From IMG/VR virus record IMGVR_UViG_3300020050_015887, positions 1 to 64,000 of that record: a stretch of DNA of 64,000 bases, one strand, 5' to 3'. The notes beneath the pieces were generated by a model. It did not search any database. It was not told the origin of the DNA and saw nothing but the letters and a program-made list of their open reading frames with translations. Both the position numbers and the translations under genes were made by a program. Of this stretch, positions 39,727 through 49,168 are shown piece after piece. The DNA is from a virus. Taxonomy: Duplodnaviria; Caudoviricetes. Each line of letters opens with the position of its first letter. Within the stretch, counting starts at the first letter, position 1.

Positions 39727-39940
39727 TTAATAATCCTTCAATGCATTGTTCAACGTCGTGTTCCATTTTTACTTTAAAGCGTGTTTGTAACCAATCACCA
39801 AATGTGTGTTCAAGTTCGTAATAAGTATCACCAACAATGTTTACAGTGTAAATTTTATCAACAACTAATACACCTTTAGCACCATGGTCATTATTAATAC
39901 AAATGACTTCAAAGGGTGGTTTCATTTTACTTGTCGCCAA
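39713..39940 (-). CDS. C-terminal-motif family protein (VEQCIEGLLNEKE)
   Basis: Shared motif; paralogous to 39150-39392. Confidence 0.7.
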   Translation of the reverse strand: MATSKMKPPFEVICINNDHGAKGVLVVDKIYTVNIVGDTYYELEHTFGDWLQTRFKVKMEHDVEQCIEGLLNEKE

Positions 39941-40685
39941 GATTTACAATATTACGTTTTTTATTTGGTTCTTTTTTAGCGGCTTTACTGTAAGCTTTAC
40001 AATCCATACAACGGTATTTACGAAATACAGATCGTTCCGTTCTGATAATGCCACAAGATTTAAGATGTTCGCCGCCACAAACAGGACAATTATCCGGTTT
40101 ATCAAAATCATTAACATTGGGATGAGTTTTCATCCAAGGACGAATATGTTTATAAACACCTTCCAACAAGAACACATCGTGACGATTATAACGCTCCATA
40201 TCTTTCCAAGACTGTGCGTCGTTTTTCATACAACCAAGCCACATATCATAGCCAGGATGTTTTAATTTACTTCCAACTTTAAAATATTTAGCTAAAGCGT
40301 CTAATGAATTACTATTAAATCCAAAATATTTTCTAGCTTCAAGTTTGGTGTCTAAAATTTTAAATGGACTAGGTGGTGGAAGATTGTGTACTGCAATTCT
40401 AGCGTTTACTTTTTTAATATCAAAACTTTTTCCGTTATGAGCTAAAATAATATCGGCTTCATCAAACAACTTCCATAACTTTTCAACTAATTTTTTATCA
40501 TTTGATTTTTGATAATTAGCTTGACGAATAAATTTAATATCTTTATCACCAAACCATTTATATGAAGCGGATAAAATTTCCCATTCACGTTCTACGTGGT
40601 GAACATTGGTTTCCCAAATTTTCCAAGTATGACCAACAGTTGCAGAAGTTTCGATGTCAAAGATTAAAATTTTCTGTTTCAACAC
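39927..40685 (-). CDS. RNase H-like 3'-5' exonuclease (RNase_H_2 type) with C-terminal zinc ribbon
   Basis: LIFDIETS, AHNGKSFD, YNRHDVFLL; CPVCG...CMDC. Confidence 0.8.
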   Translation of the reverse strand: MLKQKILIFDIETSATVGHTWKIWETNVHHVEREWEILSASYKWFGDKDIKFIRQANYQKSNDKKLVEKLWKLFDEADIILAHNGKSFDIKKVNARIAVHNLPPPSPFKILDTKLEARKYFGFNSNSLDALAKYFKVGSKLKHPGYDMWLGCMKNDAQSWKDMERYNRHDVFLLEGVYKHIRPWMKTHPNVNDFDKPDNCPVCGGEHLKSCGIIRTERSVFRKYRCMDCKAYSKAAKKEPNKKRNIVNLGDK

Positions 40686-40695
40686 TATCCTTTAA

Positions 40696-41067
40696 TTAGT
40701 CCCAAAGTTCAATTTGGGTTTTCTTTAATACCTTAACAAACCGCTGTAATATCTTAACCTGCATTGCAAAATGTTCATATCCATGATCAAAACAATTTGG
40801 GTGAATATGAGCCAATTCGTGTGCTAAAGTATCTAACAACAAACCTTTATACTCTTCTTTATACTTTTCTTTTTCTTTACTATAATTATGTGTTTTAATA
40901 GTGATTAAAAACTTACCGTTTTTATAATGAGTACAACCTTCTGTTTGAACTTCTTTACTGGGAATTTGTTTATAACCTTTAATTTTAGTTATTTTAGATA
41001 GGTCTATTAATCCCTCAGTTGCTTCTACAAAAGGAAGCATCCATTGTAATTCATTACTAATCTTCAC
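40696..41067 (-). CDS. SprT-like HExxH metallo-protein
   Basis: TLAHELAHI...DHG. Confidence 0.6.
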   Translation of the reverse strand: MKISNELQWMLPFVEATEGLIDLSKITKIKGYKQIPSKEVQTEGCTHYKNGKFLITIKTHNYSKEKEKYKEEYKGLLLDTLAHELAHIHPNCFDHGYEHFAMQVKILQRFVKVLKKTQIELWD

Positions 41068-41290
41068 TTTTAATTTCTTTTTCTATCTTCTTAAGGTAAA
41101 TGTTAAGATAAACCTTATTTTCCATTATAGAAGATATTGTGTTTTTTACAGGGACGTATTTCTTATATTCGTTTAATTGTAAGAGTGCATTATATAAGAT
41201 TTTATCTAAAGCTTTAAGGTCTTTAGCAATGGCTTTATATTTTTTATTCTTCTTATAAGAATCTAAGTCTAACGGTTTAAGGAGTGCCAT
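41057..41290 (-). CDS. hypothetical protein
   Basis: ORF track; coupled overlaps. Confidence 0.55.
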   Translation of the reverse strand: MALLKPLDLDSYKKNKKYKAIAKDLKALDKILYNALLQLNEYKKYVPVKNTISSIMENKVYLNIYLKKIEKEIKSED

Positions 41291-41498
41291 CCGTCATTTC
41301 TTTTTTGTATTTGTCAAGTAAATCACGGTTGATAATCTTTTTTACAATACTGTTCCATGGAGTAAACTGAATATATTCACAGGTGTTAGGTGCATAATAC
41401 ACCAACATTGTTCCATATCCAAACCCAACAAACCTACCAATTTTTTCAATAAAACCACTGTCACCAGTCGCATAAAATTTAGGATTAGCGTTCTTCAT
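41277..41498 (-). CDS. hypothetical protein
   Basis: GGAG RBS. Confidence 0.55.
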   Translation of the reverse strand: MKNANPKFYATGDSGFIEKIGRFVGFGYGTMLVYYAPNTCEYIQFTPWNSIVKKIINRDLLDKYKKEMTDGTP

Positions 41499-41500
41499 AT

Positions 41501-41716
41501 TTACTCCTTAGGGGTTTTCTTTAGTTGTTCGCGTACATATTTAGCGTGGGCTAAGAAAAACTTTCCGATCCGAGTAGCTTCCGCCTCTGTTAATACCCAC
41601 TCACAACCTTCAGGAACGGTGGTGAGTACAGATGGTAAATCACCTGGGCCATTGTCAATGGATTGAAATTGAAATTCATACTCTTGCGGATTTAATAATA
41701 CTGCTTTTGGTTTCAT
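41501..41716 (-). CDS. hypothetical protein
   Basis: GGAG RBS. Confidence 0.55.
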   Translation of the reverse strand: MKPKAVLLNPQEYEFQFQSIDNGPGDLPSVLTTVPEGCEWVLTEAEATRIGKFFLAHAKYVREQLKKTPKE

Positions 41717-41720
41717 TTCT

Positions 41721-43853
41721 TTACTCCTTACCGTAAGCCGTAGCTTCTACGGCACTGTTGTTGGACACTACTACATATTTACAATTCTGTACAAATTCAT
41801 CGATATTACGGGCGTTTAAATAAGTCATACCGCTACGTAATCCACCCTCAAAGTAGTTCATTAAATTTTCAACACTACCAGACACGGGAATTGTATAAGA
41901 TTCACCCTCTGGCGCTCTAAAACTAGCAGTTTTGTTTTGCACTTCATATGAAGACTGAGAAGCACTTCCCCTGTAAATCTTAGATAAAGGTGACATATCA
42001 GCAATGGGTGCAGCACTCTCAATCGTGCCAGCCATTAAACGACCCATAAAAACCCCTTTAACGCCTAATGCCAGGGCTTTTGATAAATCTCCAGGGGTAG
42101 ACATACCCCCGTCTTGAATGAGCGTATAACCCGTTCTAGCACAATCTAAAATACAAGAAACCGAAGGGGTTCCTACCCCGGCAACAATGCGAGTTTTGCA
42201 CGCGCTATTATGAACAATTGCATTATTGGCAATAAAACTGTGAGTAGGACAATCTACTTCAATGTCATATGTTTCAACAATTTCATCGATTGTTGTATAA
42301 TTGTTAATTCTGACAATTTGGTAATTCTCTGTTAATTGAGAATTCCAGGTTTTAAACGTTTTAGCACGAAAAGAAGGTTTAATATTTGCTAATGTAGCAT
42401 TTTTTAAACCACCAACTGTTGGTTTTCTATAAGACTGACTTGGAAAATAACCATATAATAAATAATTTATAATTGCAAACAATTCTATTAACTGTGGTGA
42501 TGTATTTGTTAATACTAATTTACCGTCGTCCTCGTGACCATCACTGTCAATTAAACCATCAAAAATTCCACGTAAATAGTTATTATTAATAACTAAATAA
42601 TTATTTGGTAAATGTTTTTCTTGTTTTTTACCAAAATTAATCATTAATCTTGCCAATGGTAAACAGTTAGCATTAACAACAATAACGTTATTGATCTTTT
42701 TTGTGGTTACGTTAATGTTAAATACTTCTTTTAATGCGGTAGTTAATTTATAAACAATGTCCGTTTCGGTTTTATTAAAATACCAAGAAACTTTTCCGCG
42801 AACAGAATTTTTATGAATATTAACTCTTGAGTGACCATCACCCAAAAATGTTCCAAAAATATATCCCAAATTATACGAAGATTTAATTTCATTATTATAT
42901 TCTTGAGCTTCAAAAGATTTTGAACGAATTGAAAATTCTTTTAAATTAATTAAAAAGTTTTCTTTTAAATCGAATTTAATATTTTTTGGCATTAACAATG
43001 TGCTTTTTTGGGTTTGATCAATTCTTTGCCATTTATATTTAGAATCCCCACTTTTGGTTGATTTATCTAAAACATTACCCAAACCCACGTCGTTAATATT
43101 TTTTATTGTAGAATAATCACCGATCCAATGTCGATGATCGGGCGTAACGATCGTTTCTTTGTAAAAATTATTGTTTTTATATTTAACTACCGATCTGAAC
43201 CCGGAGTTTTTTGTTCCAATAACCTTTACCGATTGGCCATTTTTATTAATGACAAAATCACCAACTTTTACATCTTCAATATTTTTATAGGTAGCATTTG
43301 ACATTAACACTCGCGTTCCAGCAGCAAAACAACCAGGCCCTACACCAATCTTCCAAGCCGTTGGAATTTTACCACTTTTTTCAACAAACGTGTTAATTTG
43401 TCCACTATTATCAAAATTACCAACAATAATATCTACGTCAAATAACATTTTTAGTGCTTTAAATTGGTTTAACACCTTCTCTTGAGCGCCGTTGGCCACG
43501 TCAATTACCAAAGTTTCAGCGCCAGCGTGAACTAAAGCCTCTGCGCGTTCAATCTCTGCGGTTCCTACACCTACAGACACCCAAGGCTTAACGTTATTAT
43601 AAATACCTTCTTTAAAAAGAACAATATTTTGGTCAATAGTACAAAAACGATGTACCGTAGCAATACCACCTTGTTTAATAACAGCAGCAGATAATTGCGG
43701 CGAATAAACACTATCCATATTAGAAGCGATAATAGGTACTTGTAATGTTGTGTTGCCAATTTTAACACTAGTGTCTACGTCGGAACGTGATGAAATAGTT
43801 GTAAAATTTGCTGGCACTAGGGAAATATCTTTAAATGTTAAATTTTTATTCAT
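41721..43853 (-). CDS. IMP dehydrogenase / GMP reductase family protein (no CBS domains), intein-containing
   Basis: PIIASNMDSV, IDVANG, KIGVGPG|SACKTR, QDGG, MGRLMAG, YRGSAS, PEGE, GGLRSGMTY. Confidence 0.9.
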   Translation of the reverse strand: MNKNLTFKDISLVPANFTTISSRSDVDTSVKIGNTTLQVPIIASNMDSVYSPQLSAAVIKQGGIATVHRFCTIDQNIVLFKEGIYNNVKPWVSVGVGTAEIERAEALVHAGAETLVIDVANGAQEKVLNQFKALKMLFDVDIIVGNFDNSGQINTFVEKSGKIPTAWKIGVGPGCFAAGTRVLMSNATYKNIEDVKVGDFVINKNGQSVKVIGTKNSGFRSVVKYKNNNFYKETIVTPDHRHWIGDYSTIKNINDVGLGNVLDKSTKSGDSKYKWQRIDQTQKSTLLMPKNIKFDLKENFLINLKEFSIRSKSFEAQEYNNEIKSSYNLGYIFGTFLGDGHSRVNIHKNSVRGKVSWYFNKTETDIVYKLTTALKEVFNINVTTKKINNVIVVNANCLPLARLMINFGKKQEKHLPNNYLVINNNYLRGIFDGLIDSDGHEDDGKLVLTNTSPQLIELFAIINYLLYGYFPSQSYRKPTVGGLKNATLANIKPSFRAKTFKTWNSQLTENYQIVRINNYTTIDEIVETYDIEVDCPTHSFIANNAIVHNSACKTRIVAGVGTPSVSCILDCARTGYTLIQDGGMSTPGDLSKALALGVKGVFMGRLMAGTIESAAPIADMSPLSKIYRGSASQSSYEVQNKTASFRAPEGESYTIPVSGSVENLMNYFEGGLRSGMTYLNARNIDEFVQNCKYVVVSNNSAVEATAYGKE
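42207..43331 (-). mobile_element. intein with LAGLIDADG homing endonuclease (375 aa)
   Basis: Starts CFAAGTRV, ends IVHN with +1 Ser; blocks LGYIFGTFLGDG and LRGIFDGLIDSDG; block F TYDIEVDCPTHSFIAN. Confidence 0.93.
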
Positions 43854-43859
43854 GTGTTT

Positions 43860-43888
43860 ATTTTATCTTAAATTATGTTATTTGTCAA
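43860..43888 (-). promoter_or_regulatory. sigma70-like promoter
   Basis: TTGACA-17 nt-TAAAAT directly upstream of the IMPDH/GMPR start. Confidence 0.65.
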
Positions 43889-43905
43889 TAATATTGTTAA
43901 CTGTA

Positions 43906-44532
43906 TTATACATAAACTTTTTCAATTACACCAGTTCGTGTTAAATCCGTAAAGTTATTAATTTGAAACAAATGATAATCGATAAGACGCGCCGTCTGAT
44001 TTATACTAAGCTGTTCAAATAAATCTGTATCTTTTCTAAATCCAAAAACAACTATAGCTGTCCCTGGACCATTTTGTTTTTTTTCATAAATACCTTGTAA
44101 GGTAACAACACACCATTTTGATGAATCGACTACATTTTGTACTCCAAAACAACATGCAACATAATTATAAATAGAAAAACTACTAAAAAATTCATCCGGT
44201 AATGGTCTGTCATCTGCAAATTTACTATCTGGGAATAAAACAATGTTCATTTCTTCCCAATAGGATTTGCTCTGTTGTATGGTGTCATACCACTCACCTT
44301 TGGGTTCTACTATTAAAACTTGAATATTTTGTTTATTGCAATACTCTATTAAATCGGTTTTTTCTTTACGTGTAACTACTAAAGGAACTAAATTATATTT
44401 AGCACAATAATTAAAATGCCATTGAATTAATGGTTGATTGGTTACAGGGTCAATCAATAATTCTTTTGATTGATTGGGTAACATACCCATCCGTGTACCT
44501 AAACCTGCTGCCGGAATAATTGCGCGTTTCAT
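43906..44532 (-). CDS. sugar-1-phosphate nucleotidyltransferase (NTP_transferase family)
   Basis: MKRAIIPAAGLGTRM...SKELL signature. Confidence 0.8.
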   Translation of the reverse strand: MKRAIIPAAGLGTRMGMLPNQSKELLIDPVTNQPLIQWHFNYCAKYNLVPLVVTRKEKTDLIEYCNKQNIQVLIVEPKGEWYDTIQQSKSYWEEMNIVLFPDSKFADDRPLPDEFFSSFSIYNYVACCFGVQNVVDSSKWCVVTLQGIYEKKQNGPGTAIVVFGFRKDTDLFEQLSINQTARLIDYHLFQINNFTDLTRTGVIEKVYV

Positions 44533-44741
44533 TTTAATAAATCCTCTATTAACACGTCTTGATAAAAGTTTAAATAATTTAAATATTCATCTTCTAATAA
44601 AACAGGTTTTTCTAAATCCAAATATTTGTCGGTTTTGAGTTTATTTTTTTGAAAATGTTCTTTCCATGTAAAATATAAAAGTGGATCAATTTTTCTATTT
44701 GTTGTTGAACCATCTTTGTTTAAGATAATCATTATAATCAT
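44529..44741 (-). CDS. C-terminal-motif family protein (QDVLIEDLLK)
   Basis: Shared motif; tandem paralogue of 44745-44948. Confidence 0.7.
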   Translation of the reverse strand: MIIMIILNKDGSTTNRKIDPLLYFTWKEHFQKNKLKTDKYLDLEKPVLLEDEYLNYLNFYQDVLIEDLLK

Positions 44742-44744
44742 ACG

Positions 44745-44948
44745 TTATTTTAATAACTCATTTATTAAAGCGTCTTGTGTATAATTCATAAAATCTGAAT
44801 ATTCGTAATCATATAAAATTGGAATGGGAGCATTTAACCACACGTCCCTTGTTTTATGTTTGGTGTAATATTTTTTCCATTGTTTGTACTTTTCAGGATT
44901 TACGTTTTCTATTTCTGTTAATCCATTTTTTAATACATGTATTTTCAT
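44745..44948 (-). CDS. C-terminal-motif family protein (QDALINELLK)
   Basis: Shared motif; tandem paralogue of 44529-44741. Confidence 0.7.
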   Translation of the reverse strand: MKIHVLKNGLTEIENVNPEKYKQWKKYYTKHKTRDVWLNAPIPILYDYEYSDFMNYTQDALINELLK

Positions 44949-45745
44949 ATTTTATTTGAATATTGTTGTAAAAATAATAACAAATCATTACTAGGTTTAA
45001 ATCGGTTTTGATGTTTTGATATTTTATTTAAATCTTCCGGTAAACCAGAATATTGAAAACTACACAATTTAACAATTTTATTATCTAGTTTATTATGTAT
45101 CCAACAAACTCCGTTTTGTTCAATAATGTCTCTTTCGTGTAAATTATAATAAGCAACATTATAAGAATAATCTCTTAAGATTGTAACATTATCAACAAAA
45201 AAAGGCAAACAGTTTAACCAACTCTGATCTAAAAAAATACCACTACCAGATACACAATGGGTTTTTTGTGTATTGTATTGCCATTTAAGAAACTCTATGG
45301 TTTCTTTTGTGTTGACCCACGCCACGGTGTCACTATTAATATGACCAGTTTGTATCACACCAATCTGATTAGGAAAATTTTGGTCTACTGGAAGTGGTGT
45401 AAGAGTGTGAGGTAATACAACGTTGTTATTATTGTCTAATAATTTATCTGGGTAACAAAAAAATTCTACATCTGCGCCAGTAAATACAACCTTTTCATAT
45501 CCTTGTTCAAAAGCATCTAACACAATTAACGGTCTAATGCTACAGATAATTTGCAAAGGGTCTTTGTATTGTGTTGAGTTATATAAATGATTAATGTTAA
45601 TTACTTCATCAAAAACGGGCGTTTCATACCCAATGTGGTATAGAATTTGTGTTGCGTGTGGGACATGTTTTTTTACACTATCAAATAACACCTTATAATT
45701 TGATAGATATAAATCAGAGGCAATACAGATAAATGCCGTTTTCAT
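44945..45745 (-). CDS. putative GT-A glycosyltransferase
   Basis: RP..V, VFTGADVEFF, FLDQSWLN..P, YNVAYYNLHER, FQYSG pattern recalled from uncharacterised GT-A proteins. Confidence 0.65.
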   Translation of the reverse strand: MKTAFICIASDLYLSNYKVLFDSVKKHVPHATQILYHIGYETPVFDEVININHLYNSTQYKDPLQIICSIRPLIVLDAFEQGYEKVVFTGADVEFFCYPDKLLDNNNNVVLPHTLTPLPVDQNFPNQIGVIQTGHINSDTVAWVNTKETIEFLKWQYNTQKTHCVSGSGIFLDQSWLNCLPFFVDNVTILRDYSYNVAYYNLHERDIIEQNGVCWIHNKLDNKIVKLCSFQYSGLPEDLNKISKHQNRFKPSNDLLLFLQQYSNKI

Positions 45746-46350
45746 TATTCAATGTTCCAGGTTGGTTTATTAATTTTTTCAAGCACTAATAGTATTTCGT
45801 ATTGTCCCCAAGCGTGTTGTTCTGGTGGTATAGAATAGTTATATCCTTTATCGCCGTCTTCTAATACTCGTACTCTATAACTATTAGGTTCAAATGCTTG
45901 TTCAATTTCTGCCAACAACGTGGCCGGAGAATAGAATACGCGATGATCTCCATTATATCTACTGGGTTTATTAAGTTTCTTTTCGTAAAGAAATTGGTGC
46001 GGCACTGCAATAATTAAATGACCGCCAATCTTAATAACCCGCATCCATTCCCGTAGGGTTTCAATACGATTATCAATGTGCTCTAAAACGTGACTACTGT
46101 AAACCGCGTCTTGAGTGCTATCACCAAACGGCAAATGTAACCCGTCATACCCTGGAGTATTTAAATTAATAACTTTAGTGTTTGGTAATACACCAACGCT
46201 ATCAATATAACCATCCGCACCTATCTCAACTGTTTCACCGGACATATATTTATCAAAAAAACCATTGTCAATTTTATCTTCATACGTGCGGCTAGTTTCT
46301 TCACCAACCCTACGTTTAAGTAATTCTTTTTTATTATTTTTATAACTCAT
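45745..46350 (-). CDS. class I SAM-dependent methyltransferase (type 11-like)
   Basis: VEIGADG, LPFGDSTQDAVYSSHVLEHI, EWMRVIKIGGHLIIAVP. Confidence 0.85.
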   Translation of the reverse strand: MSYKNNKKELLKRRVGEETSRTYEDKIDNGFFDKYMSGETVEIGADGYIDSVGVLPNTKVINLNTPGYDGLHLPFGDSTQDAVYSSHVLEHIDNRIETLREWMRVIKIGGHLIIAVPHQFLYEKKLNKPSRYNGDHRVFYSPATLLAEIEQAFEPNSYRVRVLEDGDKGYNYSIPPEQHAWGQYEILLVLEKINKPTWNIE

Positions 46351-47321
46351 AAAATTTTATCCAATTCTAGTATAAATAAATCCGGCGTTAAAGATTTTAA
46401 ACACTCAATTTCAGCACCGGTTGCATTTTTATCGTAATAACACTTAGTAAAAGATTCATGATGAAAAGCAAATACAAAATTACTTTGACAAAACCGACAC
46501 TCAACAGAATCAGGCGGTATTACAGGTATAAAATTATATCCTTTAACTCCGTTGTTTCTAAACGGTACGCGATGTTGTGGGTCTACCGTTGTAAAACCAC
46601 ATACAACCGTGTTTGTTGGGTGTGTTGCAGCCAAATGAATTAAACCATTATCCAAACCAACTGTAGTTTTTGCTCCATATAAAATTTTAGCTGTTTCTAG
46701 AAGATTAGTTTGGTCTATTAAATTAATTCCTTTGTGGTAATTAATAGTGGTGTCAAATTTACCTTTAATAATATAATTAAATCCATTGTCGGTTTCTTTT
46801 TTACCTAAAAATACTGGAGTATAACCTTTAAACAACACATAATCAATAATAGAATTAATGGTGGTAGGTAAGAACTCTCTAACCGTGCTGGTAAAGCCGG
46901 TTGTAATAACCACATATTTATCTGGCAAGTTAAACTTAGTGATATTAACGTCATCAAGTTTAATAGGAAGGTAGTTTTTGTGTTTATCTTCTACTTGTTT
47001 ATTAATAAATAAATTAAACCCATGTTCAGTCATATGGTATGACAGGTTTGTGTGAGTATTAGAAGCTGAGGCTCTAGTCGGAAATAGTTTATTAAACTTA
47101 TCTTTTTGAGAAAACTTTTTTAATACAACTCTACCAGGAGTTAAAGAACGCTTAGCAATATCATAGAAAAAATCAGGTATCCAAACGTGGGGGATTACTT
47201 CAGGGTGATTTTGAATTACATATTCAATAGCTGGAAGTCTTGCAAGACAATCACCCAATCCACCATCGTTAAATAAGAAATTCACATGAAATGTTCTGTC
47301 CGCTTTATTATTTCTAAACAT
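46347..47321 (-). CDS. GT9 family (heptosyltransferase-like) glycosyltransferase
   Basis: GGLGDCL, NLIDQTNLLET, VGLDNGLIHLAA, C..CQ...C motif. Confidence 0.82.
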   Translation of the reverse strand: MFRNNKADRTFHVNFLFNDGGLGDCLARLPAIEYVIQNHPEVIPHVWIPDFFYDIAKRSLTPGRVVLKKFSQKDKFNKLFPTRASASNTHTNLSYHMTEHGFNLFINKQVEDKHKNYLPIKLDDVNITKFNLPDKYVVITTGFTSTVREFLPTTINSIIDYVLFKGYTPVFLGKKETDNGFNYIIKGKFDTTINYHKGINLIDQTNLLETAKILYGAKTTVGLDNGLIHLAATHPTNTVVCGFTTVDPQHRVPFRNNGVKGYNFIPVIPPDSVECRFCQSNFVFAFHHESFTKCYYDKNATGAEIECLKSLTPDLFILELDKIL

Positions 47322-48136
47322 TATTTACGGTCCTGAATTTCTTTTAATGTTGGAGCATATACCCCAAATTGTTCTACACAAACAGCAGCCGCCTTAGAAG
47401 CAAATTCAATTGCTTTGTTTAATTCATATCCGTTCATTATAGCATAAGTTAATGATGCAATACAAGTGTCACCACACCCAGTAACATCAACAACTCTAGT
47501 GCTTAGTGCTGGCATAGAATCAATAAAGTTTTGTTGTTGTGTTTTGGCGTGCATACCATTATCACCATCTGTAATAACAACAATTTGAGCATTAGTAATT
47601 TCAAATAGTTTTCTAAAAATTTTAGGCAGGCTAGTTTCTCCGGTAGCCGTTTTGGCTTCTTCTAAATTGGGTTTTAATAAATAACAATTTTTATAGTTAT
47701 TAAAATCTACATTCTTACTTGGATCAACAAAAGTTTTAATACCAGAAGAGAATACAGCATTATAAATTGCTGGAGTAAACCAACCCTTACCATAATCTTC
47801 AACAATAATAGCATCCGTGGTTGTTTTGTATAAGTTAATAAAATCTAAGATCTCTTGTTCAGAACAGTTTCTAGCGGGATAATCAACATCAATACGAGCT
47901 ATTTGTTTATCTTTTTCAAACACTCTAGTTTTAGTGATGGTGTTGCCATCTGCTTTTTCATGAACATTTACACCAAGTTTATACAAATTCGTAGCCACAT
48001 TATGAGACATTCCCCATTTTGTAATTTGATTATTAACTTTTAATACAGGAACAAGAATGTTTTCTGGTGATTGACGTGTGTGTTCGGTGTATAAATATAT
48101 ATCAGCGCACTGTTCGCCGAGTACCATGACATTCAT
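47321..48136 (-). CDS. heptose-7-phosphate kinase (PfkB family, HldE/RfaE kinase domain only)
   Basis: RQSPE..VPV, NVATNL..LG, EDYGKG, KPNLEEA, VVDVTGCGDT. Confidence 0.85.
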   Translation of the reverse strand: MNVMVLGEQCADIYLYTEHTRQSPENILVPVLKVNNQITKWGMSHNVATNLYKLGVNVHEKADGNTITKTRVFEKDKQIARIDVDYPARNCSEQEILDFINLYKTTTDAIIVEDYGKGWFTPAIYNAVFSSGIKTFVDPSKNVDFNNYKNCYLLKPNLEEAKTATGETSLPKIFRKLFEITNAQIVVITDGDNGMHAKTQQQNFIDSMPALSTRVVDVTGCGDTCIASLTYAIMNGYELNKAIEFASKAAAVCVEQFGVYAPTLKEIQDRK

Positions 48137-48384
48137 TTTAATACACTTTCTAAATTAGAATAAAATTTATCATTAAAAAAATCATTTAATAACCGAACTT
48201 CTCGTTCAAGGAATAAAAGTTTAACTATTTCTGTATTAGTGTTTTGTTTTCTAAAATTAATATGATCTTGTAAATACCACCGGTAATCATTATTTAATGA
48301 ATTTAAAAATTCATCCAATTGTTCTTGTGTTAAAGTAACAATTTTGTCTTTACTTCCACCTGCTTGAAAAATTACATATTTCAC
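48133..48384 (-). CDS. C-terminal-motif family protein (FYSNLESVLK)
   Basis: Shared motif; sits between gmhA and the kinase. Confidence 0.7.
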   Translation of the reverse strand: MKYVIFQAGGSKDKIVTLTQEQLDEFLNSLNNDYRWYLQDHINFRKQNTNTEIVKLLFLEREVRLLNDFFNDKFYSNLESVLK

Positions 48385-48953
48385 AGTAATTGTTCCTCAA
48401 CAAAATTACAAATAGAATGCATTAGCACTTCATGTACTGTTTGTATTGTGCTAGTTCTTTCAGATTGAGCATGAAATGTTTTCGTAGCTAAAAAACTACC
48501 TTTGCTATTATTTTTACCTGAAAACAAGATGCTTTTAATTTTATGTTGTTCGCAATATTCTAAAGCTTTTACTATATTTGCAGAATTACCGCTAGTAGAA
48601 AATGCAATGAATAAATCTTTATCCGTGGCCTTACCTTCTAGTTGCCGAGAAAACACTTGTTCATAACTATAGTCGTTTGCAATAGCTGTAATGGTAGCTA
48701 AATCGGTGGTTAAAGCCTCTACATTGAGCGCCTTGCGTTCTTTTTCAAACCGTCCTACCAATTCCCCTGCCATGTGGGAGGCGCCGCTAGCAGACCCGCC
48801 GTTTCCAGCAATAAATATCTTATTACCTGTTTGTATAGTTTTTGTGATGATGTTCTGAATAGATTTTAAAGTAGTTTTATTAGCAATAATAGAATTGGTC
48901 AGTGAGGTTTGCACTTCTAAAGTGTGGTTTTGAAAGTAGTGTTGTAAATTCAT
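48381..48953 (-). CDS. gmhA: phosphoheptose isomerase
   Basis: AGNGGSA, TAIANDYSYEQVFSRQ, FSTSGNSANIVKAL, IQTVH SIS-domain motifs. Confidence 0.92.
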   Translation of the reverse strand: MNLQHYFQNHTLEVQTSLTNSIIANKTTLKSIQNIITKTIQTGNKIFIAGNGGSASGASHMAGELVGRFEKERKALNVEALTTDLATITAIANDYSYEQVFSRQLEGKATDKDLFIAFSTSGNSANIVKALEYCEQHKIKSILFSGKNNSKGSFLATKTFHAQSERTSTIQTVHEVLMHSICNFVEEQLL

Positions 48954-49168
48954 TTTAATAACTTATCAATAGATTTACTAACTTTTTTTTCTAGTTTAAA
49001 CTGTCTTAACAATTTTCTAATTTTTTTATCTTCAGAATAAGACATAGAAGGAAAATCTTGATCAATCCAAATAACTTTACTATCATCTAAAACGTTAGAA
49101 ATTTTTTGTATAAATTCTTTACTTACATATTCTTTTTTACCATTAAAATATAATATATAATGTTTCAT
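48950..49168 (-). CDS. C-terminal-motif family protein (VSKSIDKLLK)
   Basis: Shared motif; ATGA overlaps at both ends. Confidence 0.7.
   Translation of the reverse strand: MKHYILYFNGKKEYVSKEFIQKISNVLDDSKVIWIDQDFPSMSYSEDKKIRKLLRQFKLEKKVSKSIDKLLK

Noticed and set aside
43836-43847. TTTAACATTTAA match to the late promoter core
   Set aside because: Lies inside the first codons of the IMPDH/GMPR gene and lacks the flanking TTAT/ATA; likely chance in AT-rich DNA
46347-46380. GT9 C-terminus (FILELDKIL) also fits the small-protein tag pattern
   Set aside because: GT9/GT-B enzymes commonly end in a similar amphipathic helix, so this is probably a family trait; not counted as a tag member
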